64,000 nt of DNA from Xanthobacteraceae bacterium (GTDB taxonomy: Bacteria; Pseudomonadota; Alphaproteobacteria; Rhizobiales; Xanthobacteraceae): positions 139,102-203,101 of the forward strand of contig DATMFI010000007.1 of NCBI GenBank assembly GCA_035556215.1, read 5' to 3'. The translations under genes and the position numbers were made by a program. Of this stretch, positions 57,360 to 64,000 are shown piece after piece (position 1 is the first letter of the stretch; each line of letters begins with the position of its first letter). The notes beneath the pieces were generated by a model. It searched no databases and was not told the origin of the DNA. It saw only the letters and a list, made by a program, of their open reading frames with translations.

Positions 57360-57894
57360 AATTCCTCAAAGACTTGCGGCGAGTTTGGCGAGACCAAATG
57401 AGGCCGTTCGCTTCTTTCTTCGTCGTCAGCTCGCCGGTCGAGCTTTCCCGCGAGCTTCACGCCGCGGTCCGAGATAGTGCTTGTCGAAGATCGCTTCCGC
57501 TCCTCAGAGAATGTCCGTAGCGTTATGCGATGTGTGGGACGCGGCACGTACAGACCCGAGACTCTCTGTCAGCACAAGGAGTTTAAAAGTTATTATTAAA
57601 AAGAATTGCGTGCAGAAGATGAGATATTCAAATGTTAAAATATTTGTTTCTGCAGTGCCGCTGCGCAATTAGTTTTCTTTGTACAAAAATATTCTAAACG
57701 CAGCGGGCGGTTGTGCAGCTAGTGGTGCATGCTCGCCGTTAGAGCAGTCGAAATAACACTGGAAAAAGTCGGCCGTGCAGATGTTCAAGCATTCGGCAAT
57801 AGGAAGCCAAAGTAAGATAACGCAAGCGCCGAGCGCTGTTGTTCTCGCTAAGCTTGGGCGAAGCTTGATAGACCTATCAGCTTCCTGCAGGCAT

Positions 57895-58809
57895 TTAGCC
57901 ACTATACTCGAAACTGCTTTCCGCTTTGGCCAATTCTGCGATGCGGCCGAGAATAGGGAACCCCGCAATCGGACGGTGAACCGCCCAGTATTCGACGACG
58001 GGAACTTTAGGTCTTTCCGCCAGCGCAGATAATTTTTTGGCTCTTACACGATCGCCAAACAGATGTAACGGTAAAAGGCTGACGCCGATCCCCCTCTCAA
58101 CGAGTGTTGCGATTACCGTTAGGCTGTTACAGTGGCCAATCTGTTGCGGTACAATCCCGGCTTCACTAAACCATCCTGTCATGATCGCGTAGGAGTTTGA
58201 TCCGCGTGAAAGCGTGAAGATAGGAACGTTGGCTAGATCATTGGGCGTTAGGATCTTCGAACGACCCCAAAACCCCGGCTTGCACATCCAGCGTAGAGGA
58301 GAAAGGCCGAGTGAAGTTCTGACGCTCCCTTGAATCGTCGGGTGCCCCGGTAAAAATGCGATATCGATCGTGCCTTGCTCCAGCTTCGTGATCAAGTTTG
58401 TCGTTAGGTCGATATCTAGTTCGATCTGAACCATGGGATAGTTTTTTTCGATCTTCGCAAGTAGACGATGAAGCCATGTCAGCGCGACTACCTCGGCCAC
58501 GCCCAAGCGGATCGTTGCGGATAACAAAGCGTCGGCGCCGGAGGTCTGTCGAAATGCTGCAGCGTCCGCGACAATACGTTCAGCCACGATAGCGCAGCTT
58601 TGACCTATGGCGGTTAGTTGAACTCCGCGACCCGAACGATAAAAAAGTCGCGCATTCAAATCACGCTCTAATTCGCGGATGCGACGAGTCACGGCAGGCT
58701 GGGTGAGGTTCATGTGTCGGGCCGCTGCACCGACGCCTCCCAGACGAACAATCCATAAAAGAGTTTCGAGGCCTTCCGTCCGCATGAAGAATTCATAACA
58801 AATTTGCAT
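57895..58809 (-). CDS. LysR family transcriptional regulator
   Basis: 304 aa (or a start at 58785). HTH AAARHMNLTQPAVTRRIRELE. AT-richer than the core genome. Divergent from the decayed operon. Confidence 0.88.
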   Translation of the reverse strand: MQICYEFFMRTEGLETLLWIVRLGGVGAAARHMNLTQPAVTRRIRELERDLNARLFYRSGRGVQLTAIGQSCAIVAERIVADAAAFRQTSGADALLSATIRLGVAEVVALTWLHRLLAKIEKNYPMVQIELDIDLTTNLITKLEQGTIDIAFLPGHPTIQGSVRTSLGLSPLRWMCKPGFWGRSKILTPNDLANVPIFTLSRGSNSYAIMTGWFSEAGIVPQQIGHCNSLTVIATLVERGIGVSLLPLHLFGDRVRAKKLSALAERPKVPVVEYWAVHRPIAGFPILGRIAELAKAESSFEYSG

Positions 58810-58922
58810 GAATAATAGAAATTAAAAATAATTTGTATGAGATGAATCAGGAGGCAATTCTAAGCCAACTAATAAGGCCAACAGCCAAATTGAAGCGTCG
58901 CGGTCAGCAGGGAGACGTTGCA

Positions 58923-59133
58923 ATGAGAATATTTGGCTTCGCAAAAGTAGGAATTCTTGGCGCACTGGTCGCAATGATGGTGACGGCTGCTACCGGTGCT
59001 TCTTACGCTGCGCAGAAATGGAATTTTGTATCCGTTCTGCCTTCAACCAATTTTCATGTGAAGAATGCAACGGCATTCGCCGACGCAGTTCGCAAGGCGA
59101 CTAATGGAGAAGTAACGATCACGATCCACCCCG
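58923..59133 (+). pseudogene. N-terminal fragment of a TRAP DctP-type substrate-binding protein gene
   Basis: MRIFGFAKVGILGALVAMMVTAATGASYAAQKWNFVSVLPSTNFHVKNATAFADAVRKATNGEVTITIHPGG, then the sequence abruptly continues as M20 peptidase coding sequence in another frame. Confidence 0.65.
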
Positions 59134-60191
59134 GTGGCGGGCGGTGGGCCAACCCTCATGTTGAATGGCCACATGGATCCGGGCGTCGAGATGACGGGAT
59201 GGACGGTCGATCCTTACGAAGGCTACATGAAAGACGGCTGGATTTGGGGAATGGGTGCCCACGATGACAAGGGTAATGTTGCGGCGATGATTATTGCCGT
59301 TGAGGCGATCGTCGCCTCTGGTCTCCGACCGAAGGGCGATATTCTCCTATGCCCGGTTATCGCTCACAAATATGGTGGGTTGGGCACAAGAGCGCTTCTC
59401 AAGGCAGGCGTGACGGCGGATATGTGCATCAACCTCGAGCACGCCGCGAATACCATTGCCAATGTCTGCGTTGGCGTGATCATGGCAAGAATACGCCAAC
59501 AGCGCCGGATCTATTTTTCCGTTACTCGGATAACGCGCGAGCCGCATACTGGAATCCGGTCGAGCAGCAAGCGGAGATATTGCGGCGGATCGGTCCGAGC
59601 CTGACTCCCATCCCCGAGAATTCTTGGCTTACATTCAAGCCGCACCCTGAACTGCCAGGTTTCCCCACGCTGACAGTCGATACCATCGCCAAGGATCATT
59701 ATTATTTTCCATCGGTGCGGCCGGATATGACCAGCCGTGATTGTGAGATGACATTTCAAATTCGCACAGTACCAGGACAGACTCTTGCCTCGATACGCGA
59801 GGATCTTGAGCGTCTGCTTGAGGGGATAAAGGCCGATCACCCCGCTTTTTCTTACATGCTCACGCTTCCGGCCGGCGGGCCGGAAGACCGGTGGTATCAG
59901 GCGCCGATGGAAACCCCGCGTGATCATCCATTGGTTCGCTGCCTTGCGGAAGGTTTCCGCGAGGCAACAGGCCGTGAGCCGCAAATCGGCGGTTACGGCC
60001 GGTTGGGCAATGTCGGTGACGGGAATGTATTGGGAGAAGCCGGCATTCCTTCCGTGCAATTCGGATCGGGAGATATTCGCATCTATCGTGAATGGCCGAC
60101 TGCTGATGAAAGAGTGCTGCTGACTGATCTTGTTGATACCGCTCGAACTGTTGCTGCCGCAGCGTGGCATCTGACCAATCTTAATCGATAG
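59134..60191 (+). pseudogene. M20-family (ArgE/DapE/ACY1-like) metallopeptidase pseudogene: 5'-truncated and frameshifted
   Basis: Begins at the internal motif GGPTLMLNGHMDPG, so the N-terminal region is missing. The reading frame switches around 59480-59510 (...NVCVGVIMA in one frame, PDLFFRYSDNARAAYWNPVEQQ... in another). The C-terminal part is intact to the stop at 60191. Confidence 0.75.
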
Positions 60192-60236
60192 CGCCGCACA
60201 GGCTTCCCATCCACCTTCGATCTTAAAGGAAGAAAG

Positions 60237-60617
60237 ATGACCGATCGTCGTATTATCGCCACTGATCAAGCCGCAGCCGCCGTCGGCCCTTATTCTCAGG
60301 GCGTCAGCGCGAATGGGCAGGTGTTTATTTCCGGTCAGTTACCGATCAATCTTGAAGGAGCGATGCCGGAAGGCATCGAGGCGCAGACGCGCCAGTCTTT
60401 AACAAACGTTCTAGCTGTTCTCAAAGCAGCGGGTTCGAGCCAAGAGCTTGTGCTCAAGACAACTGTGTTTTTGAAGAACATGGACGATTTTTCCGCTATG
60501 AACGCAATTTATGCTGAAGTCTTCGGAACAAGTCTTCCGGCGCGTTCAACGATCGAGGTGGCCCGTTTGCCGCGCAATGCGCTTGTGGAGATCGAGTGCA
60601 TTGCCTGTGTTGGATAA
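60237..60617 (+). CDS. ridA: RidA/YjgF family reactive-intermediate deaminase
   Basis: 126 aa. AVGPYSQGV...VFISGQLP...PARSTIEVARLPRNALVEIE. Confidence 0.9.
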   Translation: MTDRRIIATDQAAAAVGPYSQGVSANGQVFISGQLPINLEGAMPEGIEAQTRQSLTNVLAVLKAAGSSQELVLKTTVFLKNMDDFSAMNAIYAEVFGTSLPARSTIEVARLPRNALVEIECIACVG

Positions 60618-60744
60618 TGCGAGTGCTTGGTTAGATAGGATTCTTCCTACTTGCGCTCTACCTGACCAAGTAAGCATGCGCTGCGTCCTAGGCGCCACGG
60701 CGTTTCGCGGTTTTCTTATCGCGTAACGCGGTTTCCGCTGAATC

Positions 60745-61509
60745 TCACCTCGCGGTCATGCGTTTTACCTTGACGCTAAGCTTGTAAACCTCCGGCAAAA
60801 GGTGATGTACGGTTTTCTCGATCACCTTGTCGTCCTTGTCGAAGGATACGCGCTCGAGCACGAGTAGCGGTGTCGTCGGCGAGACATGCAGCCGTTGTGC
60901 AAGCTGCGCGCTCGGCAGTTCGCTGCTGATGATGAAGTTCGCGCGCCACGGAATGACGCGAAGCTTGTCCTGCAGAATCTGGTAGATGCCCATTTTGACC
61001 GCGTCGGCACGGCTCACCTTTTCACCAAGGCGGCCGGGAAGGGCGATCTGCAATGAGGCATGCGGCGAACCGTCGGTCTCGTAAACGCGGCTATAAAGTA
61101 AAGCGGTGTCGCTGCCGTTGAATTCTTCGGGTACCTGCTCGCCCGAAACCCAGCTGAAATCGACAAGCTGCACGGAAACATTTTCATTCGAGGCAGCGAA
61201 AGCGGCCATGAACGGCCCGAGCCGGTCGATCTCGCAGGTGATGCGCGGCTTCGGCGGCGCGAGAAAGGTGCCCTTGCCCTGCCGCCGGATGAGAACGCCC
61301 TGATCGACAAGTGTTTGCATGGCGCGCCGCACAGTGACGCGGCTCAACCCATAGGTGCCGCAGATCGCCTCCTCGGTGGGGATCTGATCCCCGGCGCGAT
61401 AGGCGAACAGCAATTCCGTCCGCAGGCGATCGCTTAATTGCTCGTGCAGGGGCCGGGCATTGTCGCGCGTAAGAGCGGCAGCCGTGGAGCGATTTGACTT
61501 CGGCGTCAT
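60745..61509 (-). CDS. GntR family transcriptional regulator (HutC/UTRA subfamily)
   Basis: 254 aa. wHTH ...YGLSRVTVRRAMQTLVDQGVLIRRQGKGTFL plus a UTRA-like C-terminus. Confidence 0.88.
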   Translation of the reverse strand: MTPKSNRSTAAALTRDNARPLHEQLSDRLRTELLFAYRAGDQIPTEEAICGTYGLSRVTVRRAMQTLVDQGVLIRRQGKGTFLAPPKPRITCEIDRLGPFMAAFAASNENVSVQLVDFSWVSGEQVPEEFNGSDTALLYSRVYETDGSPHASLQIALPGRLGEKVSRADAVKMGIYQILQDKLRVIPWRANFIISSELPSAQLAQRLHVSPTTPLLVLERVSFDKDDKVIEKTVHHLLPEVYKLSVKVKRMTAR

Positions 61510-61614
61510 AGTTGTCTCATATTGTATCTAATAAGTATCATAACGTCTTAGAAGCTCAAAGATAAGCGGGAAAACCCGCGAGATTAGGAAACGCCAAATG
61601 AGAGGGAGGGATTC

Positions 61615-62685
61615 GTGGACAAAGTCCAGACACGCCAAGGCAATCCGGCTTCAGGCTGGCTTCACAAATTACACCAAACAAGCGGGCTAGGGCTGCGTTG
61701 GGCAGCGCTCTCGCTTGCGCTCACGATCGGTGCCGCCGCAAGCGCTTCCGCACAGGATAAGATCACACTTTCGCTCGCGACCTGGGGCGCTTCCTCGCAT
61801 CCGCAGGTCAAAGTTTATGCCCATGTGTTCATGGATGAAGTGAAGAAGCGCACCAACGGTCAGGTCGAGTGGAAGTTCTTTCCCGACGATACGCTGGTGA
61901 AGCAGGCTTTCGTGCCGAGCGCGGTGCCGGGTGGCCAAGTCGATATTTCGCTCACTACGCTCGATAGCTGGGCTGGCCGTATTCCGCAGGTTTCGATTGC
62001 TGCGAGTCCGCTGTGGACGCTCCCGATGGAGGCGAGCGAAAAAGCGCTGGCGCCTGGTCAGCCGTTATTCGTCTATTTCGATAAACTGATGGAGAAGCAT
62101 AACACCAAGCTGCTCGCGCTGTTCGACATCGGCGCGCCGGCGTTCTTCTGCAAATTCGCGTGCCTGCTGCCTGAATCGATGAAGGGGCACACGATGCGAG
62201 GCTATTCGAAGGGCGCTTCGGAAAGCATGAAGGCGGTCGGCATCGCGCCGGTCACGATGGGTGTCGCCGACGTTTATTCCGCCTTGCAGCGGGGCGCGAT
62301 CGACGGTGCGCTCGGCGGGTTGCAGGGCGCTTACGGACTCAAGCACTACGAGGTGACCGATCACGTGCTCGGCAGCGGCGGCATTCTCGGCGCGCTGGTA
62401 AACGGCTTCCTGATGAACAAGTCTCGCTTCGAGAAGTTGCCGGCGAATGTGCAGAAAGCCATTCTCGAAGCGAATGTTGTCGCGAGCGAAGCCAACAACA
62501 GAGAGCTTGAGCGCAGCTACAAGGCTTACCTCGCGGACCTCAAGGCAAAGGGGCTGACGGTCAACGTGCTGACGCCCGGTACGCCGGAGTGGAAGGCGTG
62601 GTCCGATGCACTGAAGGCACACCGTGAGGAACTCACCAAGAAGTTTCCCGCCGATCTTGTCGCCATGACGAAATCAGGCAGCTAA
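61615..62685 (+). CDS. TRAP transporter substrate-binding protein (DctP family)
   Basis: 356 aa. GTG start after GAGGGAGGG. Signal peptide ...AASASA. Confidence 0.8.
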   Translation: MDKVQTRQGNPASGWLHKLHQTSGLGLRWAALSLALTIGAAASASAQDKITLSLATWGASSHPQVKVYAHVFMDEVKKRTNGQVEWKFFPDDTLVKQAFVPSAVPGGQVDISLTTLDSWAGRIPQVSIAASPLWTLPMEASEKALAPGQPLFVYFDKLMEKHNTKLLALFDIGAPAFFCKFACLLPESMKGHTMRGYSKGASESMKAVGIAPVTMGVADVYSALQRGAIDGALGGLQGAYGLKHYEVTDHVLGSGGILGALVNGFLMNKSRFEKLPANVQKAILEANVVASEANNRELERSYKAYLADLKAKGLTVNVLTPGTPEWKAWSDALKAHREELTKKFPADLVAMTKSGS

Positions 62686-62739
62686 CGCGAATGGAGAGAG
62701 AGGGGCCATGCCCCTCTCAATTCGGGGAGGGGAAACGCC

Positions 62740-63225
62740 ATGCTTCTTCGGCTGATCGACCATGCAACGCGCGTTTTGACGGTGGTCAGTGCTGCCATCA
62801 TCGGCGCGCTTGCATTCCTGGTTTCGTACGATGCGATTACCCGTACTTTACGCATGCCGACTATCTGGATATTCGACGTATCGCTCTATCTCCTGATCGC
62901 GGCCGGTTTTTTGGGAAGCGCATATGCGCTGCGTTCCGGTTCGCATTTCCGGATGGTGATATTCGCCGACATGATCGGCGAGAACGGCCGACGTTGGGCG
63001 GATCGCGTCGCCTATTTCGCGACCTTTGCATTCGCGGCGATGATGACGTGGCTCACGGCGGGCTATGCCCTCGACAATTATAATGCGGGCTTCACGTCCG
63101 GCACGATCCTGGACGCGCCGCTGTGGATCCCGCAATCGGTCATGCCGATCGGCGCACTCGTACTTGCGCTGGAGGCGCTCAGCATGCTGATCCGCGACGA
63201 ATATCCCGACGTGGTCGAGGGCTGA
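62740..63225 (+). CDS. TRAP transporter small permease (DctQ family)
   Basis: 161 aa, 4 TM, positioned between the DctP and DctM genes. Confidence 0.78.
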   Translation: MLLRLIDHATRVLTVVSAAIIGALAFLVSYDAITRTLRMPTIWIFDVSLYLLIAAGFLGSAYALRSGSHFRMVIFADMIGENGRRWADRVAYFATFAFAAMMTWLTAGYALDNYNAGFTSGTILDAPLWIPQSVMPIGALVLALEALSMLIRDEYPDVVEG

Positions 63226-63228
63226 GCG

Positions 63229-64000
63229 ATGACCACAGGGCTTCTCATCGTTCTTCTTTTTCTCGTGCTGATGGCCATGAGCCTGCCGGTGTTCGTGGCG
63301 ATGGGACTCGCCGGGTTTGCCGGCTTTATCCTTGCCCATGGCTGGACGACGGCGCTCTACGGCTTCACCGAAACGGTGTGGCAATCGACCCACGTTTACG
63401 AGTTGATCGCCATTCCGCTCTTTATTCTGACCGGCACGATCATGCAGCAGAGCGGTTCGGGCCGCGATCTCTATTTGGTCGTCAACGCTTTCGCGGGCCG
63501 CGTTCGCAACGCCTCGGGTATCGCCACGATTGTCGCCTGCGGCATCTTCGCGGCGATTTGCGGCTCGTCGATCGCGACCGCCGCAACAGTCGGTTATGTC
63601 GCGATCCCGGCCCTCAAGGAAGCCGGTTACGGCGACACCCGCGCCGGCGGTTTCGTCGCCGCGGGCGGCACGCTCGGCATTCTCATCCCGCCCTCCATTC
63701 CGATGATCCTCTACGGCATCATTACCGATACCTCGATCGGGCAATTATTCATTGCGGGCGTCGTTCCCGGTATCCTGATGATGATCGTGTTCGCGATCTA
63801 TGCCTGGCGCTCGCAGCCGCGGATCGAAGCGGTGCCGGTGGAGAAGGGCCAGCACTGGGTGCTGCTTCGCCGCAGCATCGGCGTCATCCTGCTGCCGCCG
63901 GTGATCATCGGAGCGATCTATCTCGGCGTTTTCACGCCGACCGAGGTCGGCGCGCTCGCGGTGTTGTATGTGCTGGCGCTCGGCTTGCTGCAATGCAGGC
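63229..64000 (+). CDS. TRAP transporter large permease (DctM family), 3' end beyond window
   Basis: ATG at 63229. The frame is open to the window end (MTTGLLIVLLFLVLMAMSLPVFVAMGLAG...GGTLGILIPPSIPMILYG). Absent from the ORF track because no stop is reached. Confidence 0.85.
   Translation, partial: MTTGLLIVLLFLVLMAMSLPVFVAMGLAGFAGFILAHGWTTALYGFTETVWQSTHVYELIAIPLFILTGTIMQQSGSGRDLYLVVNAFAGRVRNASGIATIVACGIFAAICGSSIATAATVGYVAIPALKEAGYGDTRAGGFVAAGGTLGILIPPSIPMILYGIITDTSIGQLFIAGVVPGILMMIVFAIYAWRSQPRIEAVPVEKGQHWVLLRRSIGVILLPPVIIGAIYLGVFTPTEVGALAVLYVLALGLLQCR

Noticed and set aside
57332-57547. 71-aa minus-strand ORF next to and overlapping tRNA-Lys
   Set aside because: Its 3' end overlaps the tRNA gene, so it is not an intact gene. 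At most part of it is a decayed integrase remnant (see finding).
57669-57968. 99-aa Cys-rich minus-strand ORF in the AT-rich stretch after tRNA-Lys
   Set aside because: It overlaps the 3' end of the LysR gene in another frame, has no SD and shows no recognisable similarity. It is probably a chance ORF in AT-rich DNA.

Overview
High-GC alphaproteobacterial (Hyphomicrobiales-like) chromosomal segment, mostly core housekeeping genes. In order: uvrD (partial), prmA, a thioesterase, an FAD-linked D-lactate dehydrogenase-like oxidase, asmA, folA, sspB, ggt, pirin, two rnk-like genes, thiC, thyA, fumC, hflKC-DUF2065-degP, serB/miaA, an AbfD/HpaB-family enzyme cluster, ilvIH-ilvC, an osmoprotectant ABC system, a NitT/TauT-type ABC system plus pdxY, leuA, tctCBA, an exported Fe/Mn SOD, and a TRAP transporter running off the 3' end. 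Several RNA and regulatory features are invisible in the ORF track. These are a circularly permuted two-piece tmRNA (tag ANDNYAPVAQAA) lying antisense under the spurious 5' extension of the ggt ORF, a TPP riboswitch, tRNA-Lys(CUU), branched-chain and leucine leader-peptide attenuator candidates, and a family of palindromic intergenic repeats. Two visibly AT-richer accessory patches exist. The first is a ~1.1 kb Fic toxin plus small antitoxin islet, bracketed by a degenerate copy of a methyltransferase 5' end and a diverged copy of the thiC 3' end. The second lies downstream of tRNA-Lys and holds a LysR gene, a DctP-fragment::M20-peptidase chimeric pseudogene, RidA, GntR and TRAP genes. I found no CRISPR array, no intact transposase or integrase, and no clear multi-gene defence system. 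The most intriguing unexplained items are a riboswitch-controlled 4-TM protein ahead of thiC, a secreted four-repeat Kazal-like protein, a tandem 18-bp repeat encoding a REQxW-repeat micro-ORF, and several strong-SD micro-ORFs. Many long ORFs in the track are antisense or out-of-frame shadow ORFs typical of high-GC DNA and were not called.
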